62,925 nt of DNA. Origin: Carcharhinus longimanus (taxonomy: Eukaryota). Positions within the stretch are counted from its first letter, which is position 1, and every line of letters begins with the position of its first letter. Below, piece by piece: positions 1 to 11,745 of the stretch. Position numbers and translations under genes: made by a program. The notes beneath the pieces are model-generated. The model saw only the letters and a program-made list of their open reading frames with translations, ran no database searches and was not told where the DNA came from. Location of the stretch: positions 29,370,622 through 29,433,546 of the forward strand of contig JASCQW010000130.1 in assembly GCA_030264375.1 (NCBI GenBank), in the 5' to 3' direction.

Positions 1-75
1 CGGTTGGACTAAAACCTGGTGTTGTCAGACTTTTTACTGTGTTTACGCCAGTCCAACGCCGGCATTCCCACATCA
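1..75 (+). mobile_element. End fragment of a common shark repeat (probably Penelope-like), truncated by the window edge
   Basis: GTTGGACT...AACCTGGTGTTGT...CCAGTCCAACGCCGGCAT with internal GTTGGACT/AGTCCAAC inverted repeat; family recognised from memory. Confidence 0.5.
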
Positions 76-389
76 GGAGTAAAACATGCTCAGGGGCAGT
101 GCCCCAAAATGTTCCCCTCACCCCCATGGCGGGGGGAGGGGAGCAGTGTTTCCTGTGTGCTCACCCTTCCCAGTTAATGTTGCTTCAGACTGTTGTAAAC
201 GTTGGGGGAAATCCCAACATGGGGGAGGGGGGAATCAACACAGCGAGGAAGCCTGCTAATCCGTCACTAATGTATTTAAATGCAGTTCTTCACCTTCCTT
301 GCTGATGGGAATCTTACTTTTGGCTACTCACAGTAAATGTGGGTGCAAAATCCTGACCTGCTTACTCTCCTTGGATTTACATATACATA

Positions 390-615
390 GAAACAAATCA
401 GCTTCTGTTGGTAGTTATATTCCACTTGAGTCTCCTCCCATTTTAATTATACCTTCTCATCCTGATCCAATAAACTTTCCTTCTCCTGCATATGAGCATC
501 AAATCTCTTCTTCAATGCATCAATTCTATCTGTTTCGACAGCTCCATGTGGCAGTGAATTTTGCATTCTCACCCCTTTTTGTACAGTGAAATTCCTCCTG
601 AATTCTTTCTTTGTT
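390..615 (-). mobile_element. Decayed CR1-type LINE 3' fragment
   Basis: Reverse-strand peptide RRNFTVQKGVRMQNSLPHGAVETDRIDALKKRFDAHM resembles the CR1 ORF2 C-terminus (RNFFxQRVVxxWNSLP...FKxxLD). Confidence 0.65.
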
Positions 616-873
616 CTATTGGTGGCGATCTTATCGTCGATTGTTCTGGATTGCTGCATCCATTCAATTTTGGGCAGCATCCTTAGAAATCTGTGTTGTA
701 CTTTTTCCGGTACTTCAATATCTTTGCTGTAGCGTAGAGAGGAAAACTACGTACAACACTCCAACTATATTGTTAAGCGTTGTGATATTAGCACAAAATT
801 CCCTGTTTTGCTATTTTAACCCTTTTAAATAAACAAATTAAAGCCACTGTTAAAGGACTGGAGAAATGCATTT

Positions 874-1742
874 GGGGCAATCTTACTGGCTCATCTCACC
901 ATTCGATCGTGCAAGGTGAGCGGTAAGATCATGAGAGAGGCGAAAATCCAGCATCGTGCCCGGTTTCTTGCATCTTGCGACTATACCGGCACCGTGAAGC
1001 TGGCGTGATCAGCCCTGCACCGGGAAAGGACATAAGGTTGCTTTTAATATTTCTAAGACTTTCTGAATATCATTAGTGAGTCCTGGATGTAATTGTCCAG
1101 GCTCACTTGCCTGAACAGCCTTGCTGATGAAGGTACTCGCAAATATCACATATGGTGTCCGTCAATGAAGACAAGAAGTGATGGCCTCGCTGGTGGGACT
1201 CAAAGCCATTGAGGTCCCCTCGAGCGGCCCTGGACACTGCCTACCAGGCACTGGGCAATGCCAAGGGGCAGGGCCTAAGGGGGAGCAGAGGGGGTCTGTG
1301 CACTTTGCAATTAGGGATTGGCCAGAGCGGCAATCGGCCAGGACTGAGGGGATATTGTGGCAGCAATTGGCCAGGGTGGGTGTACCAGACCAGTGATCAG
1401 CCAGGGGAGGCCAGTGATGGGCCGAAGAGGGTAGCAATGGGTGGACTGGCCAACAATTGGCAGGGGCGGCCAGCTGTTGGCTGGGGAAGCCAGCAACCTG
1501 GTGGGGAGGGAGTGTACACAGAACACTGAGAAATCAAGACAGATGCACTAGTTGTCATCAGCTGGCTTTCTGGCGACAACAGACTCTGTCCACATCCCCT
1601 ATTGGCATGAATCACACTTTGCCTCTTTTTTTGCACCAAGTGTCATAAGATACTGTCTGAGACCTCACTGGAAAAATGAGCACGATTTTCTCCTGTTTTC
1701 AGGCTCATTTCCTACTTAGTATTTTTTGGTAAGATCACCTCC
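874..1742. mobile_element. GC-rich element bounded by short imperfect terminal inverted repeats (non-autonomous DNA transposon-like)
   Basis: Left GGGGCAATCTTACT versus reverse complement of right end GGAGGTGATCTTACC; interior is GC-rich relative to its flanks. Confidence 0.5.
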
Positions 1743-2879
1743 ATTGTGTTTGCTATGACTATCTCAATATGATTCAACCCCTTATTCAGTTACTTCAGAC
1801 TTAACACAACATTGATTAGACCACAGTTTTTCTTAACTTCAGCCATATTGTCACTGTAGAAAACAATTCAGTCCAAAAATATGTTAAATTTACTGCAGCT
1901 GAATAGAGAGAGAGACTGAATTGAATCCGTGTTCTTAGCTTAACGGTGGTTGTAAAAGATCCTGCAGCATTATTTTGAAAAAGAGCAATGAGTCTTTGTA
2001 CTCTGTCTGATGTTATTCATTCAACCAATATTATCAAGTTATAACATATTCTTCATTTAGCTTTGACAAAGGGTCATCTGGACTTGAAACATCAGTTCTT
2101 TTCTTTCCTTACAGATGCTGTCAGATCTGCTGAGGTTTTCCAGGATTTTCTCTTTTGGTTTTATTCTTCATTCATTTCATTTGTTGTTACTGTGCACAAG
2201 CTGACTTCTGCTCTCATCTCATAACACTGCACCTCAAAATTAATTCATTGGAAATGAACTGCCTTTAAGGCATCCATAGAACTATAACCATAGAATCACA
2301 GAAGGAAGCCCTGCAACCCATCATTGAAACATTCAACTAATACTCTTACCCTGCTCAAGACCCTACCCATAGCCCTGCAAATGTTTTCCCTTTTAATGCT
2401 TATCCACGATCATGTAATTTCTTTCTTTAATAAGCCAACAACAGGCTAATTCTCTCCCTCCCCACTGGAGCAATCTAACCAGTGGGAATGAATGAAAAAG
2501 TCATCGGAGTTAAATCAAACCTACATTTGTTTTTTTTTATTTTACTCCTTAACCTCCTCCTCTTTATGGCCCCTCACACTCTCTTCATCATTAGTTGTGG
2601 CTTTCTATCAATTATTCTCTTCAACCCTTTCCTGTTTCCCCCCTTTCTCACGGTGTCTGGATAAAACTTCCACATTTACTTACAGAGAGTGCAACGTAAT
2701 TTATAATTGAGTGTACAGAGATAAGGAGCCTCAATGAACTGGTGGGACAGGCCATCAGGCAGGTGTCTCTTTTATATCTATTTTATATACAAGCCATAAA
2801 TGAAATCTGGAATGATAGTGAAGGGGGAACAGAGGCCAATGCCTTAAAAAATGTAGAGCATCCGACGCAAAATAGATAC

Positions 2880-3074
2880 CTTGAACTGAAGCAAATATCC
2901 AGGTTTGAGAGTCAGGTCCCGTGTAACAGCAACCCGGTCGCCATCCGATTTCCCAAACACCATGGCTGAGTGGGTCATGGAGCAGAAAGTTTCATTGCTG
3001 CCCATCCCCTCATTAGCCAGCATCAACCAAATACTCAGCTGGCTCAGTGGGATATCATAGGAGGGTGTGTAGTC
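2880..3074 (-). CDS. RELN: Reelin exon (~exon 27), 195 nt: [65 protein letters not shown]
   Basis: tttcag|GAC acceptor; AAG|gtatc donor; WLMLANEGM...FGKSDGDR...[10 protein letters not shown] matches reelin repeat 3. Confidence 0.95.
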
Positions 3075-4904
3075 CTGAAATGCAAGCAAGTAACAAAAAT
3101 ATATTAAATCTAACATATCAGCCCATCGTACTCTACAAAGAGTATTACAGGAGTTAGAAGTTTTATGAGTATATGAATACATCATTGTTACCACACAAGA
3201 TTTTTTAAAAAAGGAGATATTTGTTTAAAAGTTAAAGGAGTGTTGTCATTCATTGCACAGTTTATGGTGTAATGATATACTTGTTCGGAAATGAGAATTT
3301 TCGATCCTTATAAAGTTTGTAAGTCTGAAGCAATGTTGCAATTAAGCAAACTGGTCAGGTTCAGTAAGTCAGGCTGCAAGATGGAGCCTATAAGCCAGCA
3401 GTGAGCTGCTTAATGTAAAGTTGCTTTCAAACGCAATAAATCCGGTTGAGTTGCCATTTGATGCTGGATTATTAGGAACCCGAAACAAGATAACATCAGA
3501 ATAACACATGTGGAATGGATAGATAAGCTGCTTAGAACCTCACTGTTTATAACAGCTTCATACTCAGTGTGCGTATGGAACAGATGCACAAGTGTTCCAA
3601 GGACATCCAAGCTAGGCATTCCTGGAACACCCATCTCCATAAACTATCCTCGGATGTCACCATTGGCCCACTGTGAAAAGCAGGATGCGGTGTTATCTTT
3701 AAGCATGTGGATTTTGTAGAAGAATCTGTACGAAAAACAATCCCCTAATGTCATCATGTTACTGAAAGCAACAGTGTGCCTCAGCTCCAGCACACAAATG
3801 TTTCTGTCTTTCACTCACTTTCCCTGTATGGTAACAATCCTTTAAATTTGTTCTTCAAAATGTGGCTGACAGTTCAAATTACATGTAGTTTCAGAAATCT
3901 AATTTCAATAATTCTTCTTCAGACTAATCAATGCTAAGTTGGGCTTTCTTGAACAGTTGATCATAAGCACCATCAGGCTTTGATGTTTAAAATAGAGCTA
4001 TTTAAAGTTTAGGAAGACTGCAAAATACAACACCAGACTACAGAAAGGCCATGGAATCATAAACAGGCAAAGGCCAATACAGGTAATCTTTCTTTATCAA
4101 GATCTTTTCACCTGGACACAAAAAGCAATCACTCTGGAATGAATATGTTTTGTTATTGAATGATGTGGAGAAACAAGAAGGACAAATCACATGCTGGGAT
4201 GGTAGATATAATTCCATTCTGTTTTTGTGCAAATCTTTACATAAACGGTTGTTTGTTCAAATCAAGGTAATGGGTGTCATTGTTATGGAATGAGAGTTTT
4301 GCACTTCTGACAAGTCAAGGTCAGCACTGAGCACTCTTGTATTAGGCTCAGCAGGGACAGGATGGAACGTAAACCTTCCTCACCTTTGCTTCATCTATTG
4401 AAACTCATCTAATGATGCCTCATGATGCATCATTATTGCATCCCCTCTAGCGGGACCAAACTGAAATGAGAAATTTTCAGTTGCAAACCATGTGCCTCAT
4501 GCTCAAAGCAGATTTAAAAGCTTCATGTTGTGCCCTTCACTTGGCCTATTGCAGGCGGAAGGCTTCGCTTTGTTTTCGGCGACTGGGAAGCATCATGTAG
4601 CTCCTGCATTGATTGTATAAACTAATGAGGAATCTCTAATCTCAGGAAACCACGTCACTGGCTGGTTACGCTGCATACCAGGTTTCCATGATATTAAAGG
4701 TCTCAGGCCTGATTTTCTGCTGTTATTTCTACCTGGGTTGGGCAGGCTGGAGAATCAGCATCCAGCCATTCACTGCCATGTCTGGGATTTTCCACCACAA
4801 GTGATGACAAACATTAGATGCGCTCACCCAATTGTTGGAGTGCATTCAAAGCAGTTGGCAAAAATATCTTGATGCCAGACATCATATTTACTGGCCTCCA
4901 TAGC

Positions 4905-5075
4905 AATGCTGACACGAGTGATAGATATATTCTTGAACAGTAAAGGAATCAAGGGTTATGGTGAGCAGGTGGATAAGTGGAGTTGAGTCCATGAAAAGAT
5001 CAGCCATGCTCTTGTTGATTGGCAGAGTAGGCTTGAGGGGGCCAGATGGCCTACTCCTGCTCCTAGTTCTTATGG
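4905..5075 (+). mobile_element. CR1-type LINE 3' tail
   Basis: GATAGATA...GGAATCAAGGGTTATGG...AGATCAGCCATG...GATGGCCTACTCCTGCTCCTA, a 3' end that recurs elsewhere in the window (for example 20340-20510). Confidence 0.7.
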
Positions 5076-5199
5076 AGCGTGTTACTAGTGCCTATGATGT
5101 TATGGTAGGCAGGAGAAGAGATATATTTGAAACGCACCCATAAAAGCAGCTGGCGATGTTTGGTTGTCACAAGCGTCCAATAGTTTTTGCTTTATTTGT

Positions 5200-5665
5200 G
5201 CACAGATGTGAGCATCACCAACAAGACCAGGCATTTGTTGCCCAACTCTTAATTCTCTTTTGGATGGTGGCAGTGAACTATCTTCTTGGACTGCTGCAGT
5301 CCATCTGGGCTAACACCCACAGTGCTGTAAGGAAGTAAATTCCAGGGTTTTGATCCAGCAGCAGGGAAGGATACAGTTCCGAGTCAGGATGGTGTGTGAC
5401 TTGGAGGGGAACTTGCAGGTGGAGGTGTTCCCATGCATTTTCAGCCCTTGTCCTTCTAGGTTGTTGAATTCACAGGTATGGAATGTGCTTGAGTTGCTGC
5501 AGTGCATTCTGTGGATGGTCCACACTACTGCCATTGTGCGTCAGTGTAGAGTGAGTAAATGTTGAAAATAATGGACGGGGAGGCCAATCAAGCCAGCTGC
5601 ATTGTTCTGAATGGTGCTGAGCTTCTTGAGTGCTGTTGGAACTGAAATCATCCAGGCAAGTGGAG
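5200..5665 (-). mobile_element. LINE 3' fragment
   Basis: CCAGGCATTTGTTGCCC...GAGTCAGGATGGTGTGTGACTTGGAGGGGAACTTGCAGG; homologous to the opposite-orientation copy at ~28650-28945. Confidence 0.6.
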
Positions 5666-6554
5666 ACTCCAGACTTCATCCCTCACTCTCCTATACTCTC
5701 CCTATGCCCTATCCATGAAAATGCATGTCCTGCATCCACTTCCATGGTCCCTCATTCCTCCACATCCCCCATAACCCCACAGCGCTTTGTAGTCCCTATG
5801 ATGGGATTTTCAGCATGATCGAGAGCCTCTATTGTGGTGAAAGCCCGGGCCAGGTATTGGTCAGTGCAACTCTGCAATACGAAAGGTTGGAATCCTCAGG
5901 AGACTCAGACTGCAGAAGCCTTGGATTGTGAGTTGGCTGGCCTAGGAGCCTTTTTTCAGTCTCATTAGTAAGATTGCCAATTTAATGCCCATTAGTGTAC
6001 CCACTTTCTAAAACGATAAACTTGGACACTCAGCCTTATTTAACAATTAATTTCATGCTTCAGATCCCAGTCAGAATAGACTGATACCTTGCCACAAATA
6101 ACTACAATTATCTTTCACTTAAACCCCATTTGGAACTGCTTCCAATCTAACATGTCCCATAGTGTTACCCAGTTCCTATTAAAACAAGTTCAACACCTAC
6201 TCAGGATTGAAAGAAACACTCATTTAATCTTGCACTTGTGCAGTTGCTGCAAGGTTACTCCAGGAGCATTGTTGTTCTGAATGTGGAACTTTTCTATAGT
6301 GTAAGAAATGTCCGTACAATATGAAATTCATATCATGTCATTGGCTATTATACTGAGCTGAGACCTTCTCCTGTTCTGATCACGAATAGAAAGTGTTTGA
6401 GAGAGCTATTTTCTTTCCTCCAGTAGTGTTTTGCCTCAGTGTCAGCAGCACTGCAATATAACTGAGCTGTTGAGATATTTCTTTGCTGTAATTTTGGATT
6501 GAACAGCACTAAACACAGTTCTATTTCTGACTCTCTTTTCTGTGTGCCATCAGT

Positions 6555-6915
6555 GGCACAACTGTCCAGTAGGCTGACACGCCAGTGCGGTACTGAGGGA
6601 ATGCTGCACTGTCAGAGGAGGCAACTTTCAGATGAGATGTTAAACCAAAGACACATCTGCTCTCTCAGACAAATGTGAAGACTCCCATGGCATTATCTCG
6701 AACAGGTGCAGGAGACTGCCCAGAGTTGTGGTCAACATTTGTCACACCATCAGCATCACAAAGCAGATTATCCAGTCATTTTCACATTGCTGACTGCGGG
6801 AGTTTGCTGTGCTTCAAACCGGCTGCCACATTTCCTACATTACACATCAAAATTGACTTTACAGCCTTTTGGAATGTCTGGAGATTGTGAAAGGTGCTAC
6901 AAAAATACAAGACTT
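6555..6915 (+). mobile_element. Deu-domain SINE (SacSINE1/AmnSINE1 superfamily-like)
   Basis: CAGTGCGGTACTGAGGGAATGCTGCACTGTCAGAGG...TTTCAGATGAGATGTTAAACC resembles the Deu core; L2-like tail GTGAAAGGTGCTAC(A)n. Confidence 0.65.
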
Positions 6916-8264
6916 CATTTCAATCTTTATAAATGAATCCAGAAATACTGGGTTATGCTTTTAAAGACCAATCAATCTCATTTATGATGAATAGTTGCTG
7001 ATTACTGATACTCCAAATTATTCTTCTAGAGCCCAGAAGTAAAGGATTTCCTGCCCCAATCTTGCCTAAAACCTTGTCCAAGTTAAAATTGTCTGACAGC
7101 TTTAATAATCCTTGTTCAGAGTGACATGTCTTAGGCAGTGGCAGAAAAACATAACACTTGACAGACAAGGTGGATGAAAGAATTGTCTTAGCGTTGGAAA
7201 TGGAACAAGTTTTGTCTTTATTATTAAGTTAGTCCCATTTTAGTGCGAGACTCAGTCACTGATTTGGATTCTTCATTCAGCTTTTTTACTGCCAGGATAG
7301 AAGTTATGACCTTACCTGGAGATTCCACACAGTATCTGTCACACTGTTGAGCTGTCTGCCTTTGGGCATCCTGGCTGTTTAGCAATGGAACAGCTTCACT
7401 TGTGTTTAAACTCCTTTCTTCTGTGACAACTTCGAGAGCTTTAATGGTTCTGATGTAGAGGGAGGCCCTAGCTTTTACCTCTGGGTGCAGAAACCTATCT
7501 GAAGAAATCCATGTAACAGCACCCTTGCTGTACTCTGGTGTTCTGCTCAATTTATTGAGATGCACCTCTGTTACTCACTGGGAAATACTAGATTAGAAAA
7601 TAACCCCAATATAGTATTCTGTCAGTGGAGTGGCTGTCTTGTCCATTTGTCACAGATAGACTATACTTAAACTATACAGTGTGTATGGGAGCAATTTCTC
7701 TACGGACATCAGTTTGCAATGAATTATGCTCTGTAAACAACATGGTCCTCAGAGAGAGATGTATTCACATTCACATCAGAGCAATGTGAAAAACTCATCA
7801 TGGAGTGAGATTGTTTTAATCTACAACACAAGTTCCTAGGCAACCAGAGTTGTCTGCTGATCCCATCTCCAGAGGTTCTTATCTGGTTAAACAAGCCATT
7901 TCTAAATCTACGTAAGTTCAAAAAAAAACTGCCTTCCCCGTCAGATTCAACAGAGAACACTTTATACTGTTAATAATTAAACAGCAGGAACTTGAATGGG
8001 ACTCTCCAAGATGCCTTTGCACCTGCTTATTTTACATTACAGGATGCCAGCATCTTTGGTATGGCTCCCCGGACCATTGTTGCTAGCACTTTGAAATAAA
8101 ATCATAGACACACAATGAAACAAACAGCTTTAAAGGTGCTTTTTATGCCCATTTCTCCTGTGTCGAATACTGGAAATGGGTAATCTACATGAGCTGGAGC
8201 TCACTTTGTCTTGAGAATTTTCTCAGGATTTGAACAGTATCTAAAGAGCTACTGCTACCTGCTA

Positions 8265-8605
8265 AACATACAGAGATAGAAGAAAGGAGCAGGAGGAGGC
8301 CATTTGGCCTTTCGAGCCTGCTCTGCCATTCATCACAATCATCGCTGATCATCCAACTCAACAAACTTTAATCCTGCTTTCTCCCCATAACCTTTGATCC
8401 CATTCAACCCAAGCGTTATATCTAGCTGCCTCTTGAATACATTCACTGTTTTGGCATCAACTGCTTCCTGTGGTAATGAGTTTCACAGGCTCTTTGGGTG
8501 AAGAAATATCTTCTCATCTCAGTCCTAAATGGTCTACCCCGAATCCTCAGACTGTGACTCCTGGTTCTGGAATCCCCCACCATCAGGAACATCCTCTCTA
8601 CACAC
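8265..8605 (-). mobile_element. CR1-type LINE 3' end
   Basis: Reverse complement of the same tail family (AGGAGCAGGAGGAGGCCATT...CTCCCCATAACCTTTGAT...AAGAAATATCTTCTCATCTCAGTCCTAAA). Confidence 0.7.
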
Positions 8606-8761
8606 TGCCGTGCATTATTTAGTTTCTCCAGACAAGTTAGTTATTGTATTGGCTAGGAATAGCTTCTCTGATCAGCCAGTTGAAATAGAAACATAGAACA
8701 TTACAGCACAGTACAGGCCCTTCGGCCCTCAATGTTGTGCCGAGCTATGTCCAATCCCAAG

Positions 8762-9394
8762 NNNNNNNNNNNNNNNNNNNNNNNNNNNNNNNNNNNNNNN
8801 NNNNNNNNNNNNNNNNNNNNNNNNNNNNNNNNNNNNNNNNNNNNNNNNNNNNNNNNNNNNNNNNNNNNNNNNNNNNNNNNNNNNNNNNNNNNNNNNNNNN
8901 NNNNNNNNNNNNNNNNNNNNNNNNNNNNNNNNNNNNNNNNNNNNNNNNNNNNNNNNNNNNNNNNNNNNNNNNNNNNNNNNNNNNNNNNNNNNNNNNNNNN
9001 NNNNNNNNNNNNNNNNNNNNNNNNNNNNNNNNNNNNNNNNNNNNNNNNNNNNNNNNNNNNNNNNNNNNNNNNNNNNNNNNNNNNNNNNNNNNNNNNNNNN
9101 NNNNNNNNNNNNNNNNNNNNNNNNNNNNNNNNNNNNNNNNNNNNNNNNNNNNNNNNNNNNNNNNNNNNNNNNNNNNNNNNNNNNNNNNNNNNNNNNNNNN
9201 NNNNNNNNNNNNNNNNNNNNNNNNNNNNNNNNNNNNNNNNNNNNNNNNNNNNNNNNNNNNNNNNNNNNNNNNNNNNNNNNNNNNNNNNNNNNNNNNNNNN
9301 NNNNNNNNNNNNNNNNNNNNNNNNNNNNNNNNNNNNNNNNNNNNNNNNNNNNNNNNNNNNNNNNNNNNNNNNNNNNNNNNNNNNNNNNNNNNNN
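8762..9394. other. Assembly gap (633 N); other gaps at 18393-18492, 23452-23543, 29034-29133, 45536-45780 and 54455-54554
   Basis: Runs of N; all are intronic and mostly abut repeats. Confidence 0.99.
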
Positions 9395-10391
9395 ATGTAA
9401 GCCTTACTTGTGACTAATAAATAAATCTTACTTTAATAAGTTACAAAATATATGTTTCATTCTAATGCCTTTGGTAAGTACATAGTCCATGTAAACTGAT
9501 AGGTGAAATGCTGTCAGCCACACCGCACTCTGAAATTAAGTGAGAGGTGGCACCCAACAGGACTCCTGTGGATTTCTCATCAAATCCCTCCCCATTTACT
9601 GATCACCAGCCAAATGGTCACACTGGAACTCTGACTTCCACACAAGAGTTTCCAAACTCCACTCTCAAAGAACACACTTTGAAATCACCTTCCATGCAAT
9701 GCTTTCTCTCAGATGCCTTCACCAAGGATTTTAATCTCACTTTTCTGATGCTACATGCAGTATTTCTCTGCTCTGGATTACCATATACATTCAAGCCTCC
9801 GCATATCCTCTCAGGTACCTAACCATGCTAATAGAACACCGCTCCTTCAAAGATTGTATTAAGGTGTTTCCAACCTTGTAATTACTTCAGATATTTGGCT
9901 TCTCACTAGCCGATTTCACCAGGCTTGTGCCTTTCAGTTCTGTCTTTAACCAAGAACCTCTCATTGCTCCTTCCTTTAACTTCAGTGAACAGTACCTTAT
10001 TCAGATTCTAGTTCTTTGTTTCTTTGACTTCAGTTTTATAGGGGCTCTTCTTTTCACTCTTACTGGGATTCCTCTTTTCATTTCCTTGTTTCTAGAACAA
10101 TCTGTTCTTTCCGTTCATTACTTCAGTGTCCAGTTTCTCTGCTGGTCGTTTCTGTAAGAGCTTCCCCCTCCCCAAGTACCTGGTTCCAACAAAATCAAGT
10201 GCTAATGCTTCTCAATGTAGGCCCCTGGTTACTAAGCAACAGTCTAGTGTATATTTAAACCCTGTTTGTTTTCTTGCTGCAAATGCTTCAATTTCAATGC
10301 AGGCACAATTTGAAATGAAACCAAAACCCATTGACATGCAGGCTCCTTTGTTTAACATGAAGCTAACTAAAGCTTCAACCTTTTTTTACAC

Positions 10392-10535
10392 AGAAACCAG
10401 AGCACCTGGAGGAAACCCACACAGACACACGGAGAAAGTGGAAACTCTAAACAGACAGTGACCTGAGGTTGGAATTGAAACTAGATCCCTGGTGCCACGA
10501 GTTAACAGCGCTAACCACTGTGCCACCATGAGCAC
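10392..10535 (-). mobile_element. tRNA-derived SINE 5' part (HE1/V-SINE-like)
   Basis: Reverse strand TGGTGGCACAGTGGTTAGC (A box), TTCAATTCC (B box), and GTGGGTTTCCTCCAGGTGCTCTGGTTTC core. Confidence 0.75.
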
Positions 10536-11522
10536 CAGAATGCGACTGGTATTCAGTTAGCAACTTCAATAATTAACTCCCTGGTAGCAACAGGCAGGGT
10601 TTCACTTGAGTCATCTGGCAGGGGATGAGATTTTAAATGGGCTTCTTTCATCTTAGTGCCCAGTGCCTGGACTTTAAAAAGATACAATAGCTCAGCAGGC
10701 CAGTGCTGATAGAGATGTTCAAAATAAACATTTAACATTTACCAAAGCAAAAATGTTGGTTACAAATAGTTAACTGGCAATACAGCACTTGAGTATTGCA
10801 AAAGAAGAAAGAGACATACTGTTGAAGCTTTTCATTTCATTTTGCACCCATCAGGACAGATATAAGAATACCAAATTTCAAAAGGAGGATCAATTTAACA
10901 AAATTTAACAGTTGAATTACAGAAAAGCACATTGGACAATAATACCAATCATAACACCTCGACCAATCAGAGTCAACTTGCTGACCAACCTGCATCCTTT
11001 ACTCATGCAGTATAAGTTGTTGCTCCCTTTGACATTTGGCATTCTTGAATCTGTTCCGATGACTGCAAGGTGTAGGGTTACAGAAAAATACTATTATTGA
11101 AAGCTGCTGAATCTACTAAAAGGATTTTCACTCAATTTATTGATCTACTCTACCTGCCTGATGCCAGTATGTTACAGTTCCCATTACACTCACTCCCAAA
11201 TAGAAAATGGGGTGAACTTTTAAAATGATCTCCAACGTTTTACTATTTTACAGTCTTTCACTATGTAAAGAGAAATCCGTTTCCATTGCTTTTACTGAGT
11301 CCTTGCTTTAAATTGGACAGCTGGAACGCTGAGGAAAACTCAGGTCTCACTTGCCCAGCCAGATTTTGTGTCCAGCTCATTTTCTGGAATGTGGAAATTA
11401 TGTTACAGAGATAAAGCTATTCAAACGCCAGGAATAACAATTAAGGGTGCACCACTAAAAGAAACAGGCTAATCAAAAATTGCACAAAAACAAAATCACT
11501 TAAATTCCTGAAGATATAAAGA

Positions 11523-11745
11523 CTGGGATTTTCTGCCGTCCTGACTCCCAAACCACCACCGGTGTATTTTCCGATGAAGGAAAAGACTCGCCATTGACTG
11601 CCAGAGAGAAACTCTGCTCCCGCCAAAGTCTATGGCTCATTTTATGGCTTGCCTACCATCCCGCCACTGGGGAATCTGCTGCAAAAAGGGAGTCCTTCAC
11701 TTGGACCGGAGGATCGCATCAGCAGGAAGGGTCAGAAAATCCTGC
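11523..11745. mobile_element. Palindromic MITE-like repeat
   Basis: Terminal GGATTTTCTG / CAGAAAATCC inverted repeats. Confidence 0.55.

Noticed and set aside
1162-1648. Cluster of overlapping ORFs on both strands
   Set aside because: By-product of the GC-rich interior of a TIR-bounded repeat; no protein motif.
1-2879. Next RELN exon (~exon 28), and likewise ~exon 10 in 60884-62925
   Set aside because: No matching peptide found by eye; these exons probably lie outside the window.
7224-7565. 113-aa minus-strand ORF within an intron
   Set aside because: No recognisable domain, and the RELN frame is complete without it. ORFs of this length arise by chance.
8732-9417. Long ORFs of 222 and 226 aa, and similar ORFs at 23428 and 45330-45921
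   Set aside because: They are long only because they run through N gaps.
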